Virus record (IMG/VR): IMGVR_UViG_3300012953_006686
Location: 1 to 64,000 of that record
Reading direction: 5' to 3' (one strand)
Source of the DNA: a virus
Length of the DNA stretch: 64,000 nt
Shown piece by piece: positions 1 through 9,955 of the stretch. The number at the start of each line of letters is the position of its first letter. Positions within the stretch are counted from its first letter, which is position 1. A model generated the notes under the pieces. That model did not search any database, had not been told where the DNA came from, and worked only from the letters and a program-made list of their open reading frames with translations. Both the position numbers and the translations under genes were made by a program.

Positions 1-144
1 GGTGTGCGCAATGTCTCCGCAGTGAACAATATAATCGACTTTTTGTTCTCGTAATAATTCGTATAATTGCTCAAAAACAATTCTATACTCGTAATGATAC
101 TTCAAATTTTTGATATGAGTATCGCTTATATGTGCAAACTTCAA
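1..144 (-). CDS. SbcD/Mre11-like (T4 gp47-like) metallophosphoesterase nuclease, N-terminal part; runs off the window
   Basis: Not in the ORF track. Manual translation from TTG at 144 gives MKFAHISDTHIKNLKYHYEYRIVFEQLYELLREQKVDYIVHCGDIAHT, with the DxH and GD motifs of calcineurin-like phosphoesterases. GGAGGG RBS lies just upstream. Confidence 0.85.
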   Translation of the reverse strand, partial: MKFAHISDTHIKNLKYHYEYRIVFEQLYELLREQKVDYIVHCGDIAHT

Positions 145-174
145 GTTCCCTCCAGACGTAGTTATGCCGTTAGT

Positions 175-206
175 ATTATAATACCCTATGCGGGATCTGT
201 TGTCAA
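175..206 (-). promoter_or_regulatory. sigma70-type promoter for the SbcD-like gene
   Basis: Minus strand reads TTGACA (206-201), 17-nt spacer, TATTAT (183-178), with an overlapping TATAAT at 180-175. It sits in an intergenic gap upstream of an RBS. Confidence 0.8.
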
Positions 207-226
207 GACTTTTTTTATCTGTCTAC

Positions 227-709
227 TTATCTACCACGGGCGGCACGATAAGCTTGCTGAGCAGCTTTATATTCCTCTGGATCTTGTTCTCTGTTTGCGT
301 AGGCTTGTCGCATACGATCTTTGGCGGCTGCTAGTGGATTTGCTGCAGCATCGGCAGCCTGTTCTCCTCCCTCAAGAGAGGCGTTAATTGACTCAAGAAC
401 GCCTTCCCATTTAGTAGAGACACCTCTCAAAGACTGGGCATACTCTGTCGCGGCTTGGTTTAATTCACCTTGAAGTTCTTTTAATTGAGGTACCGCTTTT
501 CGGAGAGCGTTCATAAATCCTTCTCGATCTTGTTGAACATTAGCAGCAAACACATTGTTGGCTAAATATGCCGCCATCTGATTGAGATTTGAATAGGCAT
601 TTGTAGAAACAAGCTTATGCAAGTGCTGGACCGCATTCCCATGAGATCCAATAGCCTCTTGTAGCTCTTCCTTGATAATTTGTTTAAGTTTTGTTTTTGT
701 AATTTTCAT
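227..709 (-). CDS. Hypothetical helical protein with MKITKTKLKQIIKEEL leader; probable internal head protein
   Basis: ORF track gives 227..799. The ATG at 709 is preferred because it overlaps the TGA of a small upstream ORF (ATGA) and begins a basic amphipathic leader ending in LQE. Confidence 0.7.
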   Translation of the reverse strand: MKITKTKLKQIIKEELQEAIGSHGNAVQHLHKLVSTNAYSNLNQMAAYLANNVFAANVQQDREGFMNALRKAVPQLKELQGELNQAATEYAQSLRGVSTKWEGVLESINASLEGGEQAADAAANPLAAAKDRMRQAYANREQDPEEYKAAQQAYRAARGR

Positions 710-846
710 AATATTAGTGCCCCAATCGCTCCATAGAGCATCACACCCATAAATGTAGCCGACATTAAAACAATCCCGATGATCTTTAAAAGCTCCCAAT
801 CGCTTATGCCTTTCTTAAAAAGATATCGTGAGAGTTTTCTTAGCAT
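706..846 (-). CDS. 46-aa single-pass membrane protein (below the ORF-track cutoff)
   Basis: Translates as MLRKLSRYLFKKGISDWELLKIIGIVLMSATFMGVMLYGAIGALIL*. It fills the gap exactly, with a TAATG overlap upstream and an ATGA overlap downstream. Confidence 0.75.
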   Translation of the reverse strand: MLRKLSRYLFKKGISDWELLKIIGIVLMSATFMGVMLYGAIGALIL

Positions 847-1658
847 TATAATTTACGTGGTGGTCCACCCTGATCGGTATAGTGGCTGTCATCTTGATAA
901 GCAATACCCTGCAGCATCTTAGTTCTGGAACTCTGGTCTCCGAATGTGGACATTGTACTTTTCAAAACCGACAAAATTTTCACAAGCTTGTCGCGATATT
1001 GTTGAAAATTATCTGCTTCCATGGAACCAACGAGCCGAATAGCCATATCATGACCGGTGTCTCCGACGCGTCGGTTGTCTGGAAGATCTTTACCAATTGC
1101 AGCTAAATAATCAAAAAATTGCTCAGGAGACATGCCTGCCGCGGCTTCTTGAAGCGTGAAGCGCGTCTCGTCGGACTTCTCTCCAGCATAGGTAGGATCG
1201 TCTTCGGATCCGATCTCCGAACCTCGCTTCCATGATGGCTCTTTCGTAAATGCAAGTTGCTTTTCTGCGTTTTGTTCAGCTCCAGGGGAACCTATGCGTT
1301 TAAAGATAATCGCCATTTTTCCTAGCCATTCATGAAAATTTAATCTACCCACCTTTAATTCTTTCGCGTCCTGTGATCTGAAAGGAGAGTTTCGGACCGT
1401 GTCGAGTCCGGTTGTCAAATACTTTTTATATTGATAATCTTCTCTTGCTAGCAAGGCAACTTGCTCAAGTCTATTCCCTATATCTTCGTAATATTCTGAC
1501 ATCTTGCCCATGTGCTTCATCTGCGTGCCGGCGTCGGCATAAGGATCAGCCGCAATATCTAAAAACTTATCAAGATCTAAGTTTTCATCTAATCTTTCAG
1601 TCTTCTCGTCCATAAAATAACGAGGATCAATAAATTTTGTATTTTTTCTTCTAGCCAT
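846..1658 (-). CDS. Hypothetical protein with MARRKNTKFIDPRYF leader; possible processed head protein
   Basis: 270-aa ORF with AGGAGA RBS, basic N-terminus and LDE/LQE sites. Confidence 0.7.
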   Translation of the reverse strand: MARRKNTKFIDPRYFMDEKTERLDENLDLDKFLDIAADPYADAGTQMKHMGKMSEYYEDIGNRLEQVALLAREDYQYKKYLTTGLDTVRNSPFRSQDAKELKVGRLNFHEWLGKMAIIFKRIGSPGAEQNAEKQLAFTKEPSWKRGSEIGSEDDPTYAGEKSDETRFTLQEAAAGMSPEQFFDYLAAIGKDLPDNRRVGDTGHDMAIRLVGSMEADNFQQYRDKLVKILSVLKSTMSTFGDQSSRTKMLQGIAYQDDSHYTDQGGPPRKL

Positions 1659-1668
1659 AGTGTTCTCC

Positions 1669-2607
1669 TTAGACAGCCGATAGTAAATCTAACAATAAAT
1701 AGTTGTCTCTGTCGATAAAGGTGGCGTTTTGTTTTCTTTCTTCAAACACATCTTTTGGCATAGAGCCAATGTCTTCATACCCAGCTACGTCTATCTTATA
1801 TAATTCTACGTCATATTTCAAAAGTGTCTTAATTACTTTTCGTTCTTTTTCTGCTGCATCAGGATCAAGTGCGACGTAGACTGGTGTGTCGTTGTAAACA
1901 ATTTTTTTGATGAGCGAAGAATCAGTGCGTAGCGTCGAACCCAATATTGGGACAGAATTTCCTGCGTTGATTGCATCGAATACCCCCTCTACAAGAATCA
2001 GGTCTTCGTTCCAATTAACATACAATTCGTTAAACACGATGTTTTTGGAGGCACGTGGATTCTTGTATTTGTAAGTATCACCATTGTAACTTCTTGCCAC
2101 AAAATAACTGACATTTCCGTCATCATTGAAAGAAGGCACCACAATTCTGTTGCGATATTCCCCGCTAAAACAGTATCCTATCTTCCATTTTAGAATTTCG
2201 GAGTCGGTAATGCCGCGTGAATTCAAATAGTTGCGAGCATATAAGCCTGTCTTAGGTATGTTATCGTGACAAAGACTTATGAATTCTGGCGGGAGTTCCA
2301 AGATCTGATCGTGTCTCTCCACGCTTCTCTCAGCAAAGAGATCATCAAATCTTTCCAGATCTTGCCTACCGAATATTGCGTCCCATTTCTGTAGTTGTGT
2401 ATAAGAACCAAAAGACCTAATAACACGCCTAATAGAGCGGCCGCGATAATCACAAATCCAACACTTAAATACATTTTTAGACAGGTTAACAGAAAGCTTA
2501 GATTTGTGGTGATTACACTTCGGGCATTTGAAAAGAATTTCCGAACCATGATCTCGACCCCTCCCTAAAGCTTCATTGAGAATCTTCTTCGCTGCTTGCT
2601 TGTTCAA
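1669..2607 (-). CDS. DNA primase (zinc finger + TOPRIM), phage DnaG-like
   Basis: CPKC..H..CWIC zinc-binding domain, YLNSRGI, RIVVP, KYKNP, TOPRIM motifs LVEGVFDA and ALDPDA. Confidence 0.9.
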   Translation of the reverse strand: MNKQAAKKILNEALGRGRDHGSEILFKCPKCNHHKSKLSVNLSKNVFKCWICDYRGRSIRRVIRSFGSYTQLQKWDAIFGRQDLERFDDLFAERSVERHDQILELPPEFISLCHDNIPKTGLYARNYLNSRGITDSEILKWKIGYCFSGEYRNRIVVPSFNDDGNVSYFVARSYNGDTYKYKNPRASKNIVFNELYVNWNEDLILVEGVFDAINAGNSVPILGSTLRTDSSLIKKIVYNDTPVYVALDPDAAEKERKVIKTLLKYDVELYKIDVAGYEDIGSMPKDVFEERKQNATFIDRDNYLLLDLLSAV

Positions 2608-3160
2608 TCGCCCACCCTGCTTTTGCTATAACAATTGCGTCCGCACGATCATACGATTCAGGTTTCGGATTTCCGTGCTTAGTGTATTCTATCTTGAAAG
2701 CGGGCTCGTTGTCAAGTAAATATTGTAAAACAACTTGTTTTGCTTTTTGTCCTCTCGGAACTTTAATACCAGCTTGCTTTCGTGCGGAGGTAGCGCCGAT
2801 AAACTTTGGCTCCATTTCAAACATTTCGTACACAAGCCAAGAAACAATGCCGTTAAAGCGGGTGAGTGTTGAAAGAGTTTTAGCAGAAGACTTACCGCCC
2901 ATAAACATGTGAAGAGATTGTTCGATATAGATGTGGTTAATCTTGTTTTCTCTATCCTGATCTACTTCCATCCAATGATCATCTTCTCTGCTAAACTGAT
3001 AATTATCAAAGATAGTGAAGATGGCTTCTTTTATTCTTTCTACTTTCTCGAATAAGTTTTTGTATTTTCGCAAGTCAACCGAATCATAAAATACAATTTC
3101 GCCTTCGGCTACGACGGCAAAGCCAGTTATGCTGGTGGAGATATCTATTCCCAATATCAT
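2573..3160 (-). CDS. RuvC-like Holliday junction resolvase
   Basis: N-terminal ILGIDIS..TG, central IYIE, C-terminal DRADAIVIA catalytic pattern. Confidence 0.85.
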   Translation of the reverse strand: MILGIDISTSITGFAVVAEGEIVFYDSVDLRKYKNLFEKVERIKEAIFTIFDNYQFSREDDHWMEVDQDRENKINHIYIEQSLHMFMGGKSSAKTLSTLTRFNGIVSWLVYEMFEMEPKFIGATSARKQAGIKVPRGQKAKQVVLQYLLDNEPAFKIEYTKHGNPKPESYDRADAIVIAKAGWAIEQASSEEDSQ

Positions 3161-3172
3161 GTGGTTATTATA

Positions 3173-4384
3173 CTATAAGTCTATTCGCAATTTAAATGTA
3201 TAATCCTGATCTTCATCTTTTAGAATCGGATTAGACAATGTTGCAACACCAATTAAGTTTTTAGAATCATCATATATTGCAACGCGAGATATATATACCT
3301 GCCTCTTAAAAGAGGCACTGAGGTTAGAGTAGCTTGAACTCACCACATTTGTTATCTCTAGCAGGGAATTTTCTTCATAAACTTGAGAAGATGTGAAATT
3401 GGTCTTTTTTTGTCCGTATTTTATATACGTTGGATTGTTAGAATAATTAACTTCTCCTGCCCGAGCATGTGCAAACATAGTAACAACTTGCGTATCAGTC
3501 TGCCCTTTAAAATTTAATTTAAATGATGCAGACATATAATTGGAAGTGTTGCCGCTACCGGCTGTAGATGCTTGGCTTACTCCATCATAAGCGCCCGCGC
3601 CCCAAAATTTCCATGAAGGCTTGCTGGCTGTAGTCGAGCCGGCTGTCATCGGAATTGTTTCGCCGTTTAAAGCCCACGATCCAGTCAGGCAGATGAAGCC
3701 CTCTTCATATAAAATAACGCCCGCCACCGAGCCGCTACCCGTACTGCCGGCAGGTCCAACTTGAACTAATTCTCCGTTTTGCTTAAGATCTTGCAGCTCT
3801 CCTATTATAGAGCCGGTAAAATACCACTTTAACGACACTGTTCCTGGCTTGATTCTGTTGCCGTAAAATATTGACGGAATTGATATTAAATTTATAGTCT
3901 GAACATTTTTGTCGCCGAACGAAGACGAAACTTTATAGTGCGCACTTCTTGCTCCATAGAAATTTAATTTATTTTTTAAAGCAACAAAATGTCTATTGAA
4001 TTCACCAGTAGCAGAAGAAGACGGTGTAGTTATATATTCTCGATATATCGAAGCAGACATAGGATAACTGCTACTTATTGTATCGCCATATTGAAATTCG
4101 TTTGTATATGTTGTGGCGCCCACTGTTTTAAAACTTGCGCCGGAACCCTGCTTGGTTATAAAAGGATAGCTAAAGTTATTAGATCCCGATAGCTTATCAA
4201 TATTATATTCATATAAGCTAATGTGTCCTGGCTCTATATTTAAAACCTGCGGGCTAAAAGCTCCAGATAATTCAGGTTGATTATTATAGTATACCTTCGA
4301 ATCAAATATAAGGAACTCACAACTAGGGTAAGCCCTCATTGTGTTCGCGACTACATCATTTGGACCGAATTTTCTAAGCGACAT
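3173..4384 (-). CDS. Virion structural protein (baseplate/fibre-attachment type)
   Basis: Ser/Gly/Thr-rich. C-terminal NYSNNPTY...YISRVAIYDDSKNLIGVATLSNPILK...FKLRIDL domain is shared with the adjacent gene. Located in the baseplate module. Confidence 0.7.
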   Translation of the reverse strand: MSLRKFGPNDVVANTMRAYPSCEFLIFDSKVYYNNQPELSGAFSPQVLNIEPGHISLYEYNIDKLSGSNNFSYPFITKQGSGASFKTVGATTYTNEFQYGDTISSSYPMSASIYREYITTPSSSATGEFNRHFVALKNKLNFYGARSAHYKVSSSFGDKNVQTINLISIPSIFYGNRIKPGTVSLKWYFTGSIIGELQDLKQNGELVQVGPAGSTGSGSVAGVILYEEGFICLTGSWALNGETIPMTAGSTTASKPSWKFWGAGAYDGVSQASTAGSGNTSNYMSASFKLNFKGQTDTQVVTMFAHARAGEVNYSNNPTYIKYGQKKTNFTSSQVYEENSLLEITNVVSSSYSNLSASFKRQVYISRVAIYDDSKNLIGVATLSNPILKDEDQDYTFKLRIDL

Positions 4385-4388
4385 TGCA

Positions 4389-5525
4389 TCAGTAATCTAG
4401 TCGCAATCGCAGTGTAAGCTCGTTTGTTGGATCTTTTCTTAATGGCTCTGAAAGTTTTGCGATTGCCAATAGCTCCTGGCTGGAATTATATAGACCAACC
4501 GTCGTAATGTATGCGACCGGTGGGTCACTAGCAACACTTTTCACTCTTATCTTGCTGCCAGTCAAATAAGTCGGATTAGAACTCATATTGCATCGATTAT
4601 GCGGAATCCTACAGAAGTAAATTGTTGAGTTAATCTCGGTCGTATTGTTGAAAGAGATGCTCTTGATTCGTTTTCGTAAAGAATCACAAGCGCCTGAAAT
4701 TGCTGAACCGGTGAACGTTTGTGCAATTGTCTGGGTACTATTATTTGGTCGATTGTAGCGGAAGCCGGTGGGTGCAGCCAATGGTTGGCTGGCAAAGGAG
4801 CCTGTAAAAACGCTAGACGAAAGGAAAATTATTCCTGCCTGATAAAATATCAACCCAACGGCGTTGCTATAATTAACCGGTGGCGGTGAGCTGATTGCAG
4901 AAGCGGAAGCCAAAGTTGTATTGTATAAAACACCATAGTCTCCTCCATAAGAGTTGGCTGTGCCTCCTGTGTCAGAAGCGCTTATGTCTTGAATTGTAAC
5001 AGTCGTTGCGGCGCCGCTAGTTGAAAATGGGTTTTTGAAATAATCTCTTGAGCCAGGTATGGCATATGACGCAGTTCCGAGCACCATACTGAAGGTGCCT
5101 TTCTTAATCTGGTCTTTGGTAATAAGTCTAGATAGATTGATAAAGAATCCGTTTAGCGCTTGCCCGCTCTTGTCTTGTGTTAGATCGGTCTCAAATGGCT
5201 GAATATCACCAGCAGAGCCGCTAGCGCCCAGCAATACCAACGACATCTGATTGTAGATATTTATTTTCTTTGAATTTTGAACTGCGGTTGAAGAACTCAA
5301 TACAGAATCTGCATGGTACCCCATTGTGATATCAAAAATGTGGTTTGCAGAAGAGCTTAGATATGGATAGTCATATACGCTTTGAAACATTCCGTGCGTG
5401 TAGTTCTTAATATTTTCATCTGCATACGTGCCGCTCACAACCGTTCCGGTTAGCGGAATAGATTCATACAACAATGTTTTTGTATTGGTAGCGTCGTCAG
5501 AATCCAAGGTTAACAACTGAGTCAT
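4389..5525 (-). CDS. Virion structural protein, paralog of 3173..4384
   Basis: C-terminal NMSSNPTY...YITTVGLYNSSQELLAIAKLSEPLRK...LRLRLDY, resembling the tail-collar/fibre attachment domain end. Confidence 0.7.
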   Translation of the reverse strand: MTQLLTLDSDDATNTKTLLYESIPLTGTVVSGTYADENIKNYTHGMFQSVYDYPYLSSSANHIFDITMGYHADSVLSSSTAVQNSKKINIYNQMSLVLLGASGSAGDIQPFETDLTQDKSGQALNGFFINLSRLITKDQIKKGTFSMVLGTASYAIPGSRDYFKNPFSTSGAATTVTIQDISASDTGGTANSYGGDYGVLYNTTLASASAISSPPPVNYSNAVGLIFYQAGIIFLSSSVFTGSFASQPLAAPTGFRYNRPNNSTQTIAQTFTGSAISGACDSLRKRIKSISFNNTTEINSTIYFCRIPHNRCNMSSNPTYLTGSKIRVKSVASDPPVAYITTVGLYNSSQELLAIAKLSEPLRKDPTNELTLRLRLDY

Positions 5526-5553
5526 AAAATAATTCTCCTAATTCTTTTTATTT

Positions 5554-6570
5554 TTAAACTTTCACTCTGATAATTCTTAGTGGTATTTGAAGCGTGGCTC
5601 CAGTGGTAACTCCCTCTACAAAGATCGTAGTGTCAATATATTCGCACACTGTTCCATTCATTGTAGTAGTATTTCCAAATAGTGAATATTTATCACCTAA
5701 ATCTGATTTGGGAGCCAAACCAATTGCCGCAAAGTTTCCGCGCGGACCCTGAATTGCCGAGATTGTAGTATCGTCCGTTGTGTTTGACGGACTATAGTAA
5801 ATTTCATTTTTTGCGCCGGCGATGCGCGCAGTGCTATAATTTTCTAGCGCCAGATCAAAAGTCGCAGTTGCGGCGGCGCCCATCGTAACACTTATGCTGC
5901 CAGCAGATGTGGTCATACTCAATGTGGAAGTAGACGAAGCTCCATAAACCGTGTTAATAAATCTATTATCATAATGAACGTAGTATTGACTATTCAATAA
6001 TCCGTTTGATGTGATAAAGGCTGTCGCATTCGCTGCGGTTCCTTTATATGTAGTTGTGTCAAGCCCGTCTTCAAGTAGGACATATTTTGTACTATGATCA
6101 TCTCCGTTCAAATATTGAACCGAGTCTACATAGCCTGCGGTTGTTGAATCCATCCCAAGAATCCCAGAAATCGTAGTAGACCCAAGGGCGTCGTTGGAAC
6201 TATCGGACAGGTACAAAATAGGATAAGAGCTATTATATCCATCTGGTATAACCGCTGATGTAGCCCAGCCCTTATCATTGATTTTAATTATGGGCATATA
6301 CAGAATATCTGTGGCTGTTGAGGTTAATAAGCCGCCATTGATAGCAGCGTTAGTTCCCGTAAAAGCCTCAAGAACTGGCGTTTGCAAAATTTCTAGATCA
6401 TAATACGCACTACCGCTAGCGTGATTTTTATTATATAGTGAATAATCAATTTCATCGTCACCCAAAGCAAAGTAGCTTACGCTAAAATCACCGGTCGCCA
6501 TCTTTTCGCGACCTAAATCTGTCAGTACCGCATCTAAGATGATGTCTCCTGAGTTATCTAAAAAAGCCAT
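5554..6570 (-). CDS. Virion structural protein (tail-collar fibre N-terminal-like domain)
   Basis: N-terminal DAVLTDLGREKMA..F..SYFALGDDEIDY motif typical of myophage baseplate/fibre-attachment proteins. GAGGA RBS. Confidence 0.7.
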   Translation of the reverse strand: MAFLDNSGDIILDAVLTDLGREKMATGDFSVSYFALGDDEIDYSLYNKNHASGSAYYDLEILQTPVLEAFTGTNAAINGGLLTSTATDILYMPIIKINDKGWATSAVIPDGYNSSYPILYLSDSSNDALGSTTISGILGMDSTTAGYVDSVQYLNGDDHSTKYVLLEDGLDTTTYKGTAANATAFITSNGLLNSQYYVHYDNRFINTVYGASSTSTLSMTTSAGSISVTMGAAATATFDLALENYSTARIAGAKNEIYYSPSNTTDDTTISAIQGPRGNFAAIGLAPKSDLGDKYSLFGNTTTMNGTVCEYIDTTIFVEGVTTGATLQIPLRIIRVKV

Positions 6571-6588
6571 TTATATTCCTCTCTTTAC

Positions 6589-6596
6589 ATAAATAG
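6589..6596 (-). promoter_or_regulatory. Candidate phage late-promoter element TA(A/T)TTAT
   Basis: CTATTTAT just upstream of the RBS. Similar elements occur at 9940-9950, 14191-14197, 27677-27683 and 35792-35798, all ahead of structural genes. Confidence 0.4.
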
Positions 6597-6605
6597 TAGT
6601 CATTT

Positions 6606-9272
6606 TTAATATTCGCTATCCAATTTATAAGTAATGTTTAAATCAATTTTTTTATTTGTTTTCTTTGAAACCAATCGCAACTTAAAAGTTTTGTCCCAAA
6701 GTGGATCTGTTGCGGCTCCAATTTTTATATTGTCAATCTGAGTTCCAGCATCTGAAGCGAAATCAGCATCTGAGCTATCTATTTTAACATGGAGAAACTG
6801 AGGCTTAAATTGTAATAATTTTCTAATTGGCTTGGTTGTTTGTTTTATGGGCTTTGCGGGGAGCTGATCGGCTCTGTGGGTTTTAAAAATACTATACAGG
6901 TATCCGCCATCATTCACAAGTTGGACCTCATAAACATCACTAAAATGTCCGGTGACCCCTAATTCATTTCTAGCTCTAAAAGCATAATAATAAATTCTGT
7001 TCGCGTCTACTATATTTTCAAAGAAGTCTGCTTGATTATAATCTTTAGAGTCGGATATTTGTAGGTTTAATGTGTGAATTTCTTTATTTTTAAAATCTAG
7101 CATTGAGGTTGGCTTGTCTACTGTTCGATATATATCAATAAATTTTATATTAGATACTGATTTTTTTGTAACTTTATCATCTAACAATAGATTATTCGAA
7201 TCATGATAAAGTTCATATTCTCTCGCTGAAATATTAGGCGCATTGAAAGTTGTATCATAGACGGCATCCTCGTGTCCCATTAGTTTCATTTCAAACCCTA
7301 CCTTATGGGATGCATCTAAAACCTGGTATGGGCGCGCGAATACCTTTGATGGCCAATGGTCAGTCATTTTTATTGACTTTGCAAGGATAGGAATTTCAAC
7401 TATACTTAAATAAGGCTCTACTTCTACGTACATATCCGCCAAAAATGGATATTCAGAAGTAACCTGTGCCATAGTAGCATAATCGTTTAAGCGTTGAAAC
7501 CTGCCCCCCTCTAAGTCATAAAGCTGATCCGCTTTTATTCCAGATTCATAATCATAAAATTCAAGACCATAGCTACCATCAGATTCGCAGTTTAATTGTC
7601 TAGACAAAAGCAGATTTGAATATTTGTATCTATAAGCTCGGACAAGCCTATAAGCATACACTGTATACTGATATGTCACGCCATATTTTACTTGTGTGTC
7701 ATAAAAATTAAAATCTTGAATATTAGAATTCATGAACCAATAATTTTGAATAAAGCCGGATGGATCTGAATCAGCGGCGGGGTCGACTGAACTCTTTTTT
7801 ATTCTATACGCTAAGGTTTCAACTTCATTTTGTTCATCAGTAAAAATATTATTTAATGAAGGTGCATTATAGTTTTCAGATGAGCTTACGTTGATTATCA
7901 TATCTGATATGACCCCACTTGTTGTGGTAGTTTTAAGATACCTGTTGACAGTGGGGCTGGACGCATCATTAGTCGTAAGGGACATTGCACAGCTTTTATA
8001 TATTGTTTGTTCGCCGGCAAATATATAATTGCCATTAGTATTATCATGGCTTGTGTTTTGACAATATTCTAAAAATTCTCCGTATTCACAATTATTTATA
8101 GAAGCGTTTCTTATGCCAGCTGTATACACAGCAATGCCATTTGGTTCGGGAACAGTATATCCATCGCCTGCGATAGCTAATTTTGTTCTATTTGTTTGAA
8201 TAGTTCTGCCGCGTGTTGCGGCTGTTTGCGGAGAACCTTCAAGAGCTTCTTTTCCAAAAACAGAAGAAATTGTTTTTATAAACATTGAAGAAAAATTATT
8301 ATCTTTAATACTTTGGTAGTGATCTCCAATGTCTTCACACGGAAAAGTAATGTTTATATAATATGGAAAATAATTCATTTTTTCACTAATAGGAGAAGTT
8401 TTATTAAATTTATCTACCGTATCAATATCAAACAAAATATTCCTTTGTTTTTTTCTTAAAGAATCAATTTGCTCTTGTGGGTAGTTAGTCTGTGGTAGCG
8501 CTGCAGTTAAATATGTTGTGTTAAGGAATGAGTAAATATATGCATGCTTGCTAGTTGTAATCATTTCTAATTTTTTCGGACTGCGCACTGTTCCAAGATC
8601 GGCGCGCATTTCGGACAAATTAAGTGTAAATAAAGACTGCACATCTTTATACTCACCGTTACATGTAACTAAGTTTATTAAAGCCGGATCAAACTTGTCA
8701 ATGTCGGCATCATAAATATCGTAATCAGCCATATCACATAAAAAATAACAATTTGGCAAAACAAATTCAGATGATATTCTAGTTGAGTAATTATAGTAGC
8801 TTGGATTATACCTATTAAGCTCATAACTAATTACTATTTTTTCTGGTGTCATGCCCGCGTCTTCTAAGTGTCGGCTTTCAGGAAATGCAACTGGTGGCGT
8901 AGTGACCATGTTTATGTTATTATGTACTCTATTTCGATCATATGAAAATACATTTTCAAAAAGCCCTTTCCACTCATCGTCATCCAACACTTGATCGCCG
9001 TCGCCAGAAATTCTTATAGGAAATTTTCTATTTGGAAACAACGTTGTTGAATCGATTGATTGCAAATATTCTCCATCAGTTCGACTTTGTACTTTTGCAA
9101 AATAACGACTTTTAGGGAGCACTGGTTTGAATTCTTTGAAGTCTAAAGTTGTAATTGTTCCGCCTGTTTCTGAAGACGCACTAACAACTGAATAAGTACC
9201 CCCTATGGCGGTTCTGAGGTTATCGCCTGATCCCGATATTAAAGAGCCTCCAATAATTTGAGCCGTAGACAT
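6606..9272 (-). CDS. Large putative virion protein with FN3-like beta-sandwich segments
   Basis: 888-aa ORF with FYDTQVKYGVTYQYTVYAY and YYYAFRARNELG..S motifs, in the structural module. Confidence 0.6.
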   Translation of the reverse strand: MSTAQIIGGSLISGSGDNLRTAIGGTYSVVSASSETGGTITTLDFKEFKPVLPKSRYFAKVQSRTDGEYLQSIDSTTLFPNRKFPIRISGDGDQVLDDDEWKGLFENVFSYDRNRVHNNINMVTTPPVAFPESRHLEDAGMTPEKIVISYELNRYNPSYYNYSTRISSEFVLPNCYFLCDMADYDIYDADIDKFDPALINLVTCNGEYKDVQSLFTLNLSEMRADLGTVRSPKKLEMITTSKHAYIYSFLNTTYLTAALPQTNYPQEQIDSLRKKQRNILFDIDTVDKFNKTSPISEKMNYFPYYINITFPCEDIGDHYQSIKDNNFSSMFIKTISSVFGKEALEGSPQTAATRGRTIQTNRTKLAIAGDGYTVPEPNGIAVYTAGIRNASINNCEYGEFLEYCQNTSHDNTNGNYIFAGEQTIYKSCAMSLTTNDASSPTVNRYLKTTTTSGVISDMIINVSSSENYNAPSLNNIFTDEQNEVETLAYRIKKSSVDPAADSDPSGFIQNYWFMNSNIQDFNFYDTQVKYGVTYQYTVYAYRLVRAYRYKYSNLLLSRQLNCESDGSYGLEFYDYESGIKADQLYDLEGGRFQRLNDYATMAQVTSEYPFLADMYVEVEPYLSIVEIPILAKSIKMTDHWPSKVFARPYQVLDASHKVGFEMKLMGHEDAVYDTTFNAPNISAREYELYHDSNNLLLDDKVTKKSVSNIKFIDIYRTVDKPTSMLDFKNKEIHTLNLQISDSKDYNQADFFENIVDANRIYYYAFRARNELGVTGHFSDVYEVQLVNDGGYLYSIFKTHRADQLPAKPIKQTTKPIRKLLQFKPQFLHVKIDSSDADFASDAGTQIDNIKIGAATDPLWDKTFKLRLVSKKTNKKIDLNITYKLDSEY

Positions 9273-9925
9273 TAATAGGCTCCCATCGTAGTGCTAGATA
9301 CATTAGATGTAGTTGGCATAGTTGTGGATTCGGCGATGCCAACATTAGCCCTTCGTCCCGATAAAGCAGATAAACCATTAAACGATAAAACCGGAGTGGG
9401 GGTTTTTTTAAAGTTTAGTGCCCCTAAAGTAGTACCAAGACCACCCACAGCAGCAGTTACCAACTCTAACACTGAGCTTTCTAAAGCGTCAGAAAGTTCA
9501 GAGCCCTGGTCGGCGCCGGCGGTGGCATACCTCTTATATTGTGTTAAAAGTGCATCTTTTTCAGAAGTCGTATATTCAACATAATAAAACGAACTATAGC
9601 TTCCAATTGTCGCTGTACCTGTGTTGATTGACGGATCTTCATCTATGCCCAAATTAACAGCGTAATATAATGTATGTACTGTTGAGTCAATAGCATCTGT
9701 AACATATACTCTCATGGGTTTAACTCCTGCGGTGTAGTTGCCATCTTCAAAAGAGCTTTTATATTTTTCTTCTAATGCATCTGAGTCTGCACAAAAAAGA
9801 CAAAAGAAAAACCACTCTGGATTAGATAGCCATTTAGAATATGATTCAACTGTTTCGCTTGAAGTAGAGTACATCATTCCAACGGCTACGCTGTACTCTT
9901 CTGATTCTTCGTATGTATATGGCAT
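9272..9925 (-). CDS. Hypothetical protein
   Basis: 217-aa ORF with GAGGA RBS and TAATG coupling to the downstream gene. Confidence 0.65.
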   Translation of the reverse strand: MPYTYEESEEYSVAVGMMYSTSSETVESYSKWLSNPEWFFFCLFCADSDALEEKYKSSFEDGNYTAGVKPMRVYVTDAIDSTVHTLYYAVNLGIDEDPSINTGTATIGSYSSFYYVEYTTSEKDALLTQYKRYATAGADQGSELSDALESSVLELVTAAVGGLGTTLGALNFKKTPTPVLSFNGLSALSGRRANVGIAESTTMPTTSNVSSTTMGAY

Positions 9926-9955
9926 TTTTATATCCTCTTATAAATAATTATATTT

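Noticed and set aside
721-804. 10-bp direct repeat CCCAATCGCT at 721-730 and 795-804
   Set aside because: Only two short copies inside a small coding region; compatible with chance.
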